The translations under genes and the position numbers were made by a program. A stretch of 64,000 nucleotides of DNA. Origin: Chrysomallon squamiferum (Eukaryota > Animalia > Mollusca). The notes under the pieces are model-generated. The model had not been told where the DNA came from. It saw nothing but the letters and a program-made list of their open reading frames with translations, and did no database searches. Shown one piece after another: positions 48,770 to 63,225 of this stretch; the first letter of the stretch is position 1, and the number at the start of each line of letters is the position of its first letter. Location of the stretch: contig CM022673.1 of assembly GCA_012295275.1 (NCBI GenBank), positions 9,052,001 to 9,116,000 on the forward strand. The letters are read 5' to 3'.

Positions 48770-49100
48770 CAGGTACCGGACCAATTATCCTGACTCCTTG
48801 GGGCCTGAGGCAAACCGGATTTCTGGATTTTCCGGTTTTTTTGGTACCAAGGCATCTAAATACGTAAATAATTAGGCATAAATATTTTAAAATTTAAAAC
48901 ATAAAGAAAACTGATGATACACAACTGTGGCGACTCGACACGTAAACAATGCGGCGAGTGAATGAATGCCACGCGGCTTGAAAGAGTAGTTCCGGTATGG
49001 TGACGACAATATCCGCGCGCGCGAACTATGAAAATAGCGTCGGGGATAAAACGTCCGGTTTTCTGGTCTTTCCGGATTTCCGGATGCCGGATAATTGGTA
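48770..49100. mobile_element. Tc1/mariner-like MITE, one end decayed
   Basis: TA|CAGGTACCGGACCAATTATCC ... GGATAATTGGT inverted match; CCGGA-rich subterminal repeats. Truncated counterpart at ~13680-13826. Confidence 0.5.
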
Positions 49101-50837
49101 TAACAATTCTGGATAAAGAATCATCCAGGTCTATATTATGCACTGTGTAGATTACCGAATTAATTATACAGACGTCGACTCGTTGTGGTGATCGTATCAA
49201 TAGCTTAGAAACTGAGAAGAAAATCTTCAGTAGGCCTGTTAAGGCCTTTTTACTTTACATTATGTCACTTATCACATAACCAGCATTAAACAAAGGTTTA
49301 ACACCTATAATTGTAAACATTAAATGTGATTAATAGATATCAATGCATATACGATGTGACACGAGCCCTGGGAGGCACTTGAAAGTAAGGGGGCGCTACT
49401 GGCCAGTTTTTGTGTTGACGTTACCTGAAATGTAAGCTGCGTGTGTTTGGAAAGGGGTGAAATTCCAGTGGTTGCCAAAGGCGCTCGTTACCGGGTTATG
49501 GCCCGTAAATTAGATAAACTTGCATAAATGGTCCGTAAATGAATTCTGCGTCACAAGACAGGTTGATGTGTACTAATTACCATCTATCTACCTTCCCGAT
49601 ACTCGTTAAATATCCATTTTCCTGGCTGACTGAGAATGAAGTAAAAAGTTAACAACGAACTGATTAGCAGTGAGAATTCGTTTTCTGGTAATGTTGTGGA
49701 TATTACAAATAAATCAAATAAAATACTTTTTTTCTAAAAACAAAACTATATGCAATAATATCGGCTGCAACCACACTGATGTAAATCTCTTCAGTCGACG
49801 GTTAATGTGTCTATGTTAAATTGTCCAATTTAAAGATAGCATAATAATTTTATTCACACTTCAGTAACACATTAATTATTTCCATATTTCTGTTCCATGG
49901 TCCTATTCAGGCGTCCGTACATTCCCTGTGTTTTCTCTCTTCATTCTTTTTATTTACATAAAAGTTATGTTTTAATACAAATGCTTCCCGCCTCATACTG
50001 TGTCTCTGTTACTCTGATATAATCAGCTGCCATTAATATTATTTTAAAACCTGAAAGAGTTTCCCATTTCGATGCAAAACTTTATATATAAACAAAATAT
50101 AATGTTATGTAGCTATGGGGATGGGATGATTTATGTACATATTTATAAAAGCATGTGAAAGAAGATTTCAGCTATTAAATTTTTTAGTTTTAATAGCATC
50201 ATCTACGCAACGGGTGGACTCTGCTTATAGTGATTAAATATCATGGGTTAACAAAAAGCACGAATATAAATACCAGTATAAAAATATGACGCATGTGGGA
50301 GTGAGCGTTGTTGGGAATTGCATCGGTACGAACTGATCGAATAGAGCCGAAAGCAGACTTCATCTTCTCCAGCGAATTTCAGGTAAGCGAAAGAACAGAT
50401 TATTATTATTATTTTTTTTTTATATTAATATACAGCAGAATCAAACCTAGACCCTGCGGGCAGATTTATTTTGTACATCTTTCGTTGAAAAAATAAATAA
50501 ATAAATAAATAACGGACTTCACTAATGAGTTTCGATTTAAGGTATTTTGCTTGATAAAACGAAGGACTGTTTTTGAAAAATACCGTGCGCAGGTGAAAAT
50601 CCATGGCAACGCTTTCTGTCGAGAAGCAATGGACGACCAAGGCGATCCCAATTACGGCCTGTAACAAAGCTTTTCGCGTCGTTATTCGCGTTTCTTCAGT
50701 AAGATAGAGAGATCGGAAAGAATTTCTGACAAATAAATAAAACAGTAAGATGCAGTTTTTTTTTGTTGTTTTTTTCTGTCAAATATCAAAAAGTCGGTAT
50801 CGTTATTTATTAAACCATTAACACAATGAAAGACTTA

Positions 50838-50896
<59 letters not shown>

Positions 50897-50921
50897 TTAG
50901 TAGTAGTAGTATATTATTATT

Positions 50922-50961
<40 letters not shown>

Positions 50962-51200
50962 TTTTTTGTGTCTGTGTGGTTAATTAAGATTTCCATTTGC
51001 TGCACCTGAAATCTCATTCTATAAACGAAACGTGCTATGTGTTACCTGACGGACTGTTTCATTTTTCAGATATTGCGCATACACTTGTGTATGAGGGAGA
51101 ATAAAAGTGTGCGCGTCTTTCTAATCAATAACTTGTGCTAGGTCCGTATTGATTAGCAATATACTGTTAACTCGTCTTTCTCTATCTATCTATCTATCTA

Positions 51201-51231
<31 letters not shown>

Positions 51232-52023
51232 TTCTTTCTGTCTGTCTGTCTGTCTATCTGTCTGTCTAGCTATCTATCTATCTATATCTACACGTCGTGA
51301 AATGTCGTGTCGTTCCTCCGAGTGATATTCTTTACCTGAGAAAGAATGTGTCGAGCGCACGTTAAGGACAGTACTTTACAATGTTAAAAACGGGAAAGTT
51401 TGCGGTCATATGTCAAAACGTAACACGGCGCTTCTATGTTGTTTTTTTTTTTTTAATTTTTACTTTCTGTTGTTGTTGTTTTTTTTTTTTTTTTTTTTTT
51501 TTGTTTTTCTCCTGACAGTTAAATGCTGCAAGTACTTTTCGAGGCGAAATATGCGGACTTTTATTTACCGTTTTTTTTTTTTTTCTTTCTTTTATCCTAA
51601 CTGTTTAGTCCTCATTATAGAAACATATTTTAAGAACAAAAATAAGAAAAATTATAATAATAACAACAGCAGCAAACAACAAACAACATATATATATATA
51701 TATTGATAATATTTTAAAGGTGTCGGTCCGGGAAATATAAAAGTTAATTTTGCTTAATACTTATATTACTTGATGACCAAAGACTCTGCGGCCATTACAG
51801 GTGTCTGACAGTTTGCATGGCTGTTAGAAAATAATTAACTGTCTTGACTATGATGAATGTGTGCTCTAGTTATATTTTTATAACTTTATTACAATGCTAA
51901 ACTTCACTTTGTTTTAGTAGCGCGTGACACATAAACCAAACCGAAATAAACGCGTCCGTATTATTAATGTTGATTTACAGGGACTCGCTTTTTCGGCATA
52001 AATATTATGACAAGCATAATTTT

Positions 52024-52191
52024 CACCGCGAACTGTGGATTGAATCTCAAGGCAGATCCGTCTGGAACCCTTTCGAAACAAATGGTGCCAGAACTACGAA
52101 TTACTTTGAGGGATGGCATTCAAAACTGAAGACGATGAGCAGCAGTCATCCCAACATTTTTAAATTCGTAATTATGATTAACAGACAATAG
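52024..52191 (+). pseudogene. MULE transposase remnant, inverted copy
   Basis: VWNPFETNGARTTNYFEGWHSKLKTMSSSHPNIFKF. Confidence 0.7.
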
Positions 52192-53839
52192 CAGGCCTTT
52201 GTGGAAATCTTTGTTGAAATCATAGATAGGATTAAGTGACATAGAAATTGCAAATAGTTAGACAGATAAACCCGTGCTCAAATAGACAGACAGACAGACA
52301 CGTACATAATTAGATAGCTAACATGATAGGCAGGTAGGTAGTAAGTAATCACTTATTTATCTATTTTATACACGTATAAAAGAACTCTATATTTTTGTCC
52401 GAAGGATAACCTTTTCTTAAATCGATTAACACTTCATTTTTTATTAAGGAAGCTACGTATTAAATTAAAATGTATTACATATAGGTAATAAATAAACATA
52501 TGTTACATGTAGGTAATTAATAAAAAATATATTACTTATCCGTGATCGATTTTATGATACATAATCGCTTATAAGTGAAGAATTTTTTATTTTTGTTGCA
52601 TTATACGTCATATGGGATATATATATATATATAAACAACCATGTATTTTATTGCAACAACAAATAACCTTGTATCACTATACTATAACGTTTGTCCGCAA
52701 ATCGATCGATTCTTGATCGCTGATTAAGGAACAAACAAATTAATTCTCTTGATACTCTTTGTCAATATAGTTTAATTTAGTTTAATTTTTGCGATTAAAG
52801 TATTTCAGTGGAAGAGCGTCCGCTGAAGAGTTATTTCTCGTTCCAACCGGTTTCCCACCAAATATATAACAAAGGACGTGGTATGTGCTATTCTGTCTAC
52901 TGGATCGTGATAGCAAAAGAGCAACCCAGGCAGTGCGTTGTGTTCATCGTTAAATAAAATATTTTCTTTCCTTCTCTTTCTAAAGCTGTTTATTTTAGCT
53001 TAGGGTAACATTTTAGTTAAATTATTTAGAACAATTAAACATACAGTGGAACCTCGGGTTCTAAACGCCTTGAAGCACGAACAAATCGGATTACGAACCG
53101 TGATCTTGAGCAATATTAGTCTCGGTTTACGAACAATGTCCCGAGTTACGACGTCAGTTTTGGAAAAGAATTAAGAATAGATGCTGACGTCAAAAGCGAT
53201 GTCAAAGTAAAGATTGAGACTGTGCGCTCACAATTTTTTTTAAAGTGTTGCTTCTTTTATGTGCATATTTCTTATTATACCCTAGCCAGTATGGTTCCCA
53301 AGAAAACAAAAAGTGAAAGCGATAATTCTGGTGGAAAGTATCACAGTCGATGTTAATAAAGAAATAATAAGCAAAACATGCGAGTGGTGTTCGTGTGTCT
53401 GATATCGCTTCGGTTTTGTGTAAATATTTGTATAAATTTTCTTCTGTTTCTTTCTTTCTTTCTTTCTTTCTTTTTATTTTTTTATTTAGTATTATTTTTT
53501 TAAATTGGTCATTTGTTTGCCTGTTTTTAACTGTTTTTAACATACACAAGATACTTGATTTTTCACAAATTAAAATACTATGGTCCATGGTCATTAATAA
53601 AAGAATTAAAAGTCACAAAAAACGAAAATGTCAAATATGAAACATAAAAATCACAGAAAAAAAAGTGAAATTAAAAAAGATATGAAACAGAATTAAAATA
53701 CAACTGTTTGGAAATGACAATAATTTTCATTATTGATTTTTTTAAAACTTATTCTTATTATTATTATTTCTCTTATTTTCGAAAATTGTAAACCCTTAAT
53801 TCTAAATATTTTTCAAGCCCCTTTAATTTCGGGTTATCG

Positions 53840-53952
<113 letters not shown>

Positions 53953-55533
53953 ATGATTTGGTTATCTATCTTTTACATATATACATATATTTATGCAAAT
54001 ATTAAATGTAATAGCACATCTGTGTACAAATATGCATGAATAATAATGTACCCGCTTGTACTTGAATATAATAATGTATACATATACAGTAATACGCATA
54101 CAGACATGCTCATACATAGTCACACACCCTCGAACACACACACACATTCTTCACATGAAAAATTGATTATTTTTCTCAGACTTACTTTAGCCATGCCTAA
54201 ATAAGAAATATTGTAACGTAATTACTTTTATTTATTCGTTGCCTGGTTACAAGATTATACTGGAATCGTCTCTCTGAAAGCAGAAGACAGTCAGGTGAGC
54301 TACATATTTGATTTTAATTTCGTATCCAGAATCATGCTTTAAAAAACTTTGTGGAAACAAAAATAAATATGCCTTGGAGGTTAGTCAAAACAGAGAACAT
54401 ACACCAGATCTCGTTATAATTAGAAATAATGAGTTATGAGTATCACAGTGCCACCATTCGTAGAAAAAAACGCAGCTTGGAAAAGAATTACGTTTCTTGC
54501 CGATATCTGGACAAAGGCTGACGCGATGAGTTACTTGGGTGAGTGAAAATTGTGGTTTCAGTTGACACGGTCGTGGAAGTATACTGATACTGGGGTAGAA
54601 CTAAATGTCTTGCGTTTATTTGAATGGTCGGTGTATCACACGTACACATTCTTGTGTTGGATACACAACATTCAAGGAGGAGGATTCATGATGTGGTTTT
54701 TTTTTTTTTTTTTTGGTTTTGCTAAAAAAAAAAAAAATTGAATTGCAAACTGGATTAATACCTTTGCGTTTTTCTCACTCAGTTTCAGTGTGTTGGGTGT
54801 ATATGGCTAAAACTGTGCATTGCAAATCAGTAGATTTCAGAATTGAGGATGGTTTGTGGTTTCTGAAGGTGGTGGGCTGCGCGATTTCAATTCCCCGTTG
54901 TTCCAGTGAGTACAGACATGGGCGTATGCCTGATGATCAGGGGTGCTGTCTCAAATTCCAGCTAAACACTGGCAGGGGAAAATCTGAAGATTGTGATTCT
55001 TGTGTTTTTTTTATTTCTGTAATATTTTATTTTTGTTATTATTATTATTTTTTTTATATTACAGATTAACATTTGGAAAATTCCACAGGTAGAAGACGAA
55101 CCATAAACAATTCTGTTAAAAGTTTAAAATATGTTCATTATTATTTGTGTGTGTGGATGAAAATTATTCTGTTATTTCTAAAAAAAAAATTATATTTTTA
55201 TTCTGTATCATATTTTTTTCATTTCAACTTTTTTTTTCTGTTATTTCATGCTGTCATTTTAAATATATTATTGAAATTTTACATATTTTTTTAACATATT
55301 TTATAGTTACATATACATATTTTTTTATTAATGATTTTATGTCCATATATTAATGTATCTGTAAATGTATATAATTAGTGTGTGTGTGCGCGCGCTAAAT
55401 GAGGCCTGTCATATAAAATATCCTGTATTATTATTCCATAAATGTAACTGTGTATTGTGACTCGAATAATATTTAAATGGATTACGTCATAACCCATCCA
55501 TTACTAAATTTGTTCATTGTATGTATGTATGTG

Positions 55534-55567
<34 letters not shown>

Positions 55568-55804
55568 TGTATGTATGTATGTATGTATGTATGTATGTAT
55601 GTATGTATGTATGTGTATGTACACACACACATATGCTTGCCTGAATATAAACATACATACATATATACATTCATAAATACACAAACACATACACATATAT
55701 GTATATATACATACACACATTATATAAAACATTCATAATGTACAATACCACTTAATTCACTTGTAACTTTTCTTCTTCGTTGCAGGAACGTCCGGTAACT
55801 CATT

Positions 55805-56095
55805 ATGTTTACGTGCACCAAAAGAGAGGCGTTCATCTCGGTCTTATTTCTTCTTTTGACCTTCTTCGTGTTTATCGCCACCTACCATCGCGACTCCTTC
55901 AGTGACAGCTTTGTGCCAATGAAATACGTGGTATCCCAGGATCTCAAGAAGGGTTCCGTTCCAAAGTCGTGCCCTGGCATGGAGCAATTGTACGCGGATC
56001 GAATCCGACTGTCGAAAATGTTGAATTCTTTCAAACAGAACTTCTCAAGACAGAGCTGTGAAATGCTTCAACTACAGACAGCAGCAGGGAAGCCG
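55805..56095 (+). CDS. Methyltransferase copy B, first coding exon
   Basis: Acceptor ttgcAG at 55784-55785, ATG 55805, donor CCG|GT at 56096; peptide identical to copy A. Confidence 0.85.
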
Positions 56096-56622
56096 GTATT
56101 TATGTTTGCTCGCATTTTTTTTTTTAGATAAACAGAGATATTTCAACATGTATGTGTGTATTTAGGATTTTGAATGTTCTCTGGCTTATGTACGTCTGAC
56201 AAGACTGTACATAGAGAATATTCGGTAACTCAGTTACACCCATTGAGTATGTATCTATGTATGTATGTACGCACGAGTGTATGTATGTATGTATATAATG
56301 TATGTATCTGTGTATGTGTTTTTGTAATGCATAACATATAAAATTAACGTATGCATATAATGTAAGTATTGCATCTATGTATGTAATATAAGTAATGAAA
56401 TATTTGTAATACGTTATATATGTATGTATGTATGTATTATTATCATCATCATCATTATTATTATTTTTATTATTGTTATTATCATTATTATTATCATCAT
56501 CATCATTATTATTAGTATCAGCAGCATCATCATTATTAATATAATTATCATTATCATTATTTTTAATATTGTTGTTATTATTATTATTATTTATTATTAT
56601 TATTATTATTATTATTGTTTAG

Positions 56623-57225
56623 GTAAACTCCAGAGTTTCGGCGTCAGGCGGCTGGTGTAAAGAGGCCAGCACTTCCACAGGAGGAAGTCACGTGAACGAT
56701 CGATCTCTGGCGGAGGAATTGTCCTTTTTCCTTAAAGGCAAATACGTAGCTAGCTTCGGCGACGGACCGGGAGATTACAAAAGATACATGGACTCCACGA
56801 AGCGCCTGAAAGTCTACGATGCCTACGACGGGGCTCCGTACGGAAAAGAAACCAGCGGAGGAATCGTCGAATTCTTGGACTTAACCGCGCCTCAGTACGG
56901 GCTTCCGCTTTACGACTGGGTCATCAGCTTAGAAGTCGCTGAACATATTCCTTCGGAGTACGAGAGCATCTACGTCGATAACGTGGCGCGCCATGCCAAA
57001 GAAGGGATTATTTTAAGTTGGGCCGTCCCGGGACAAGGTGGCTTGTCCCACGTGAACAATCGTCCGTTGGAATATGTGAAAAATATTTTACTTGTGAGAG
57101 GTTTTAAGCATGATCCACAAGGCAGTGAACGGTTGAAAAATGCTGCTACGTTATCGTGGCTCAGAAGTAATACGAATGTCTACAGAAGGTTACCATCACA
57201 TCCCGCTAATCCTAAAGATGTTTAA
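56623..57225 (+). CDS. Methyltransferase copy B, last coding exon
   Basis: Acceptor tgtttAG at 56621-56622, in frame; same motifs; three conservative aa differences from copy A. Confidence 0.9.
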   Translation, partial: VNSRVSASGGWCKEASTSTGGSHVNDRSLAEELSFFLKGKYVASFGDGPGDYKRYMDSTKRLKVYDAYDGAPYGKETSGGIVEFLDLTAPQYGLPLYDWVISLEVAEHIPSEYESIYVDNVARHAKEGIILSWAVPGQGGLSHVNNRPLEYVKNILLVRGFKHDPQGSERLKNAATLSWLRSNTNVYRRLPSHPANPKDV

Positions 57226-57477
57226 AAGTGTTTGTTTTTTTGTGTGTTTTTGACTTTTTGGTTTGTTTATTTTAACGTGTGTAATTTCTACAGATCTTCC
57301 TCCCTGTGTTAAGGGAATTAATTTTGTGTTAATATACAAAGGGATTCACTGCTCAGTTGTTATCTAAAATAAATGAAGGATTTCTGTTACTGTCGTTAAT
57401 AACAATAATGATGATGACGATGAAATCATCATGATTATTATTATAAATAATCTTCCTTTTTTTAAATTTATTTACTA

Positions 57478-57537
<60 letters not shown>

Positions 57538-57563
57538 TTATTTTTAATATTAATACTACCTTT

Positions 57564-57594
<31 letters not shown>

Positions 57595-59205
57595 TTTTAT
57601 TATTGCATTTTATCGGAAAGAGGTTTTAAAAATTGTTATTCGTAATTAGAAATACGAAAGATCCTGTTGGTCTCACGATATATCATTTTGTTTTATTACT
57701 TATTGAATGACATCACCTAATTCCACCTATTGTCTATGGCATATTTCGAAAGTTAATGTACAGACCAACAGTTTTACTGGAGTCTATATAAAGCTTCATG
57801 ATTTTTTATGAATTGTTCTTATGTATTTCAGACGTGATTTCCGATTACACATAAAATATCACTAACAAACAAAAAGCATTAACACTTTTTCCCCGCTTAT
57901 TTTATATCATTACTGTTATTCTGTCCTTTTATTATTTTAATTGCTGGTGGGCAATGTCATCATATATCAAATTATATCTTTGAAATTTTACTGTTAATGA
58001 ATATTTGAGTGCAGTCCTACATCCTCCATTGTAAATAAGGTCATGACGTCACTTCATAGATCACAAAATGTATTTTTCTTCTAATGCTGTCCAAAAAGTA
58101 TTTAAATTCTGGAAAGGTACTGTTTCAAAACTGTTTAACCATAGGAACACTACTGACTTCTAGATTTCTTTTGGACAGTTGCCAAGGGACCACACGGGTC
58201 AAGGGTCATCACGTGAAGTCCATGTCTTGTTTTCAATGAATTTTTCATAGGTGTGTATGTAGGAACCCCGGTGCATTGCTTTTCCTGGGTGGGAGCCAAT
58301 AATACTGTTCAGACGACCTGGATTTCTTTAATGTAGTAGTTATTGCTGAAAAACAGATAAAATCATTAGACTCTTTATAGATATGTCTAAGCCAGTGACC
58401 AGCGAGTGTAAATACGTACGTAATGCTTAATCGATAGATAAAACTGATCACCAGTATAAATAAAATACTAACTTCTGAAACACTGTGCAACTTAATTAAG
58501 TGACGATAGTAAATAAAGAAAAAGGCTGTATGCAGTTATTTTATTTATTTATTTATTTATATATTTATTTATTTATTTATAGATTTTATATTTTTATGTA
58601 TTTCTGAATTTATTTTATCTACAGAATATTTTCGAAGTATTTTATATCAGTTTATATATATATATGAATAATGTAAATCGGGTTTATGTGAATGTGAATT
58701 TGTCGTTGTGAGTGTGTGTGTATGTGTGCCGTTTTTTTTGTGTGTCTGTGTATGTGTGTTATCTGAGCCAATAAATTATATGTACATTTATGTGTTGTGA
58801 CGTGTGTAATTATGAAAGTATGCAAGCCTGGGCTACAATTTCATGACAATTTATAATAATTTCTAAATATATTTCTTTTAATTAAAATGCAGGTGAATTA
58901 CTTTAAGATGTTTAACCAGTTTGACAATGACTTATTTTAATTATTTTGTGCAAAGAGTGTACGTTTTCATTAAAAGAAAAGTAAATATGTTAAAAATATA
59001 GTTGTGTGGATTTGTAAATATCTTTTATGTATTGTACCAGAGTTTAAAAATTTATATTCTGAAATTTATTATTATTATTATTATTATATAGGTTTATCTA
59101 CTAATATTAATAAAAAAAATTATAATATGTACTTCTGGAGTTAATTAAAAAACTTTATTTACTTATTTATTACTGTACTTGCGTTGTATTCTTCTTCTTC
59201 TTCTT

Positions 59206-59236
<31 letters not shown>

Positions 59237-60313
59237 TTATTATTATTATTACCAATTTTTTTAGTCGTGTGCACACACATAAATCCTTATTGTACGTTCT
59301 TTGGTTCATTCATATTCTAAGTAAAATATCACTGGTATGTGATACGAGGTATAGAACAAATGGGAAAATGGGATAGATTCTCTATTATAAATATATAAAG
59401 ACATCTCAGACTATTTTAATCTGAACATTCAGTATGTTCAAAAATGTATCTTTTGTTTTCATTTTTACTGTTAGTTTTGCATATTCACGACATAATTATG
59501 AGAAAAGAAATCCGTTACCGAAATTATAACTTATCCTTATATTTTTTAATTTATATAATATATATATATATGCATGATTTTTTTTAAAATCAGTCCTAGG
59601 GCAATTGTTGGAACGGGAAAACAATCCCAACTGAAGCTGATTCATTAAATTACGTAGACTGAATGACATACATCAGATTAATTATAACTATATTATTAAT
59701 GAGCGTAGTGATAGTAGGAGTAATAGTGGTAGATGTAGTAATAGTAATATAAGTAGCACTACTAGTATTTTTAATAGCAGTAGTAGTTGTAGTAGTAGCA
59801 GTAGCGGTAGCAGTAGTAATAATAGTAGTAGTAGTAGCAGTAGTAGTAGTAGTAGTAGTAGTTGTAGTAGTAGCAGTAACGATAGTAGCTGCATTGGAAG
59901 TAGAACAGCAATATTAAGAACGTCATTAATCTTGTTGCTGTTGATTAATGTTATATATTTAAAACACGGGCACATTAAAATAGGTTGTTTCTGTAGCTGC
60001 AATAGAAGATGTTGCACTGACGTATTAAAATCGAAGTATTTATATATTCTAGATAGCACGTCGTATATGCACGTACTACATATATAAAAGTTTTAATATA
60101 TAAATGTAATAGTTGTACCATATGAATATGGCCGTTCAAAACTTCAATAATTTAACCCATACCATATGACTGTCATTGCTATTATCGTTGCCATTGTAAA
60201 AATGTACGTATTATAAAGGATTAAAGCATCAGCAATGATTTATTAAAATTTAAATATTACTACAACTACTACCACCACAACTATAATGCTGCTGATGCTG
60301 CTACTACTACTAT

Positions 60314-60361
<48 letters not shown>

Positions 60362-61567
60362 AACTACCAACTCTAACACAATATTAGCAACTACTGTTAC
60401 TACTATGACCTATTACAACTGCTTTTACTAATACTACTACAGAAATTACTAGATCTGTTACTACTACCAGTACTACTACCTGTCTTATTACAAATACAAA
60501 AGAGCAACAACTACTACATTTACTATTAATATAATTACTAATACTGCTAACTAAATAACGAATACTACCTTCATTACTACAACATCTGACGGAGCCGACA
60601 GTACTGCAACAATCACTACTACTACTGTTACTACTACTGCTACTACTACAACTACTATTACTACTATGTTTATTTATTTATTTTATCTACAGAATATTTT
60701 CTAAGTATTTTATAGCAGTTTATCTATTTGAATAATGTCAATCGGGTTTGTTTGAATGTGAATTTGTCTGTGTGGGGTGGGATGGGTGGGTGTGTCTACG
60801 TATTTGTGTCGTCTGAGCCAATAAATTATATGTATATTTATGTCGTTGTGTGTTGTGACGTGTTTAATTATGAAAGTATGACAGTTTTTTAAATATATTT
60901 CTTTTAACTAATATGCAGGTGAATTGTCTTACTACAACTTCAGTTTACTAAACAACGACTACATGCGTTTATTATTATTTCAACTAGTACCATAACAGCT
61001 GCAGTTGAAACTATAATAATTACTACACTAACTATAACTGTTTAACAAACTGCTAGTGTTGTTTTTATTATTGTCCCAGATTTATTTTTCATTTTTCTGT
61101 TATTTTCGGGAAATGTAATTGGTGGTTTTATTTTGTACTTATTGCTTTATTTTAAGCATTTAAAAAAAAAAAAAAAAAAAAGAAAAAATTTTGGTTTATA
61201 TGGGAATTAAATTTCGGGTCGTCTTCTTGTTGCGTAATCAGCGTCATTTTAGGTACGGGTTAAACTATATTTCTTTACTGACTGTTTTATAAAATTATAA
61301 AAATAAGTATATGAGCGTATCTGTTTTGTTCATATGTTTGTTAATTAATCAATAAATTAATCAATAAGTAAGAAGAAGAAAAAAAAAACAAGAAGAATAA
61401 ATTTAATTCAGTTACTATTATTCTTTTTATTATTATAATAATTGTTGTTGTTGTTGTTGTTGTTGTTGTGGTTGTTTTTGTTATCATCATGATGATTATT
61501 TATTTATGTATCAGTCTAATATATATATATTTTACCTTATCTATCTTATTTAATTATTTGTTTATTA

Positions 61568-61616
<49 letters not shown>

Positions 61617-62358
61617 TTTTTTATTTTTATTTGATTTTATAATTATTATTATTTTAATTTCTTTTTATTACACTATTATACACTGATTTTATTTTGTTCA
61701 GATTAGAAGTTATCAAAGCTTAAATTTGTACATAATAACGTTATTAGACAAAATTACGCTTTTCATTTTAACTATAGACAATAAATTGTATTACCTAAAG
61801 AGTTTTTTCAACTGTATGGAAGGAGGAACTTAAAAAAAAAAAAAAATGTACTTCATTTTTCTTCTTCTTCTTTATTTTTTTTTATTTTTCTTCCATTCTT
61901 CCAACACTTTTTTCTTCTTTTTCTTCTTAGTGCTTGGTGTCTTTCTTGTTGTCTTCATCCCCAGTGAGGTTAATTTTCATTATTTCTATTTCTTATTTTG
62001 TTTTATTTTGTTTGGTTGGTTGGTTTCTTTTCTTACCTTCGCACCAAGAACACTGAGATATGCCATGTTAAATGCAATCATAAAACAAGGTCTGAACTAT
62101 AGCCAGCTTGTCCTTGGATTGCCGTATAGCATTACAGTATAACATAATGTAAAAGAATAAAGCATAGCATAATGGAATGGAATTGAATACGATAAGATAT
62201 CTATCATTTTGGTTGGTCTTTTGGGAAATAAACTATACTGTTTCATTATAATTGTTTTCCTTAACTGATTCAGTGATATATAACAACAGGTGCTTGCACA
62301 CTGAGGTGACCCCTAAAATATTTCCGTGAAATAGCAACATTTCAATGAAAGATATAAG

Positions 62359-63225
62359 CAGGGCCTAGGCAAGATTAGATACTGGAATCCCCAGGAAAAT
62401 ATCAGTTTTAAAATATTTAAACAATACATTTAAAAAAAAAAAAGTTCAACATTTGAGCTCAAATGTCCGGACACCCACGAAAAACATTATTTGATACTAT
62501 TTTATTTGTAAAATTAAAACAAGCAAAACAAATATAAAGATAGACCTTAGTGATGACTTCAGGCTCAGTTATCCCATTATCTGATGTTCTGATTACATCA
62601 ACAAAATATTTATTGTCATTTGTTCAATATGACTAACTTCAGGTATTCAATCCAGAATTATGGAATAGTATTTATCTCATTTTAGATAGCTTTTCCAAGA
62701 CAGTGAAGCAGTGTTTATTATTTGTGTTTTTGGTCCCTTAAAGGCAGACACGGCAGCCAACATCACTGGTGTCACTCCACGCCTGAAACAATATTAAATA
62801 CATTTTTTTCAACACCCTATGCAATCTTTAGAGGCAAGATTTTTCTGTAGAGGACATTCAAATACCACACACAGGCCATTTCTTTCCTTGTTTATACCAT
62901 TAAATAAGGAGGTTCCGCGGTTAACTGAAGGTTGCGCACGATTCTACGGGAAAACTCATGGTCTGTGAAAAAAAACACGCGAAACGTACTTAAGTCCTGG
63001 AAGTTTCGTGTAACGCGTGATTTTCTCTCTCATTTTTGTTTGTTTCGGTCAGACTGATTATGCCCGAGAATTTGTCTCTGTATGAAATAAACCAGAATTA
63101 AAAAACGACCCTAAATAAAACTGAAATGTATTTATTTATTTTTCAAAACTGTTGTTGATTTGCACCCCCTGAGATCAGCGCCCTAGGCGACTGCCTAGTT
63201 TCCCTATACAGTAGCGCCGGCCCTG
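62359..63225. mobile_element. hAT-like non-autonomous element, inverted copy
   Basis: Reverse complement of 25415-26282. Confidence 0.6.

Noticed and set aside
60255-60665. Mucin-like Thr-rich exon
   Set aside because: Degenerate (ACT)n with frame disruptions; absent from the other copy.
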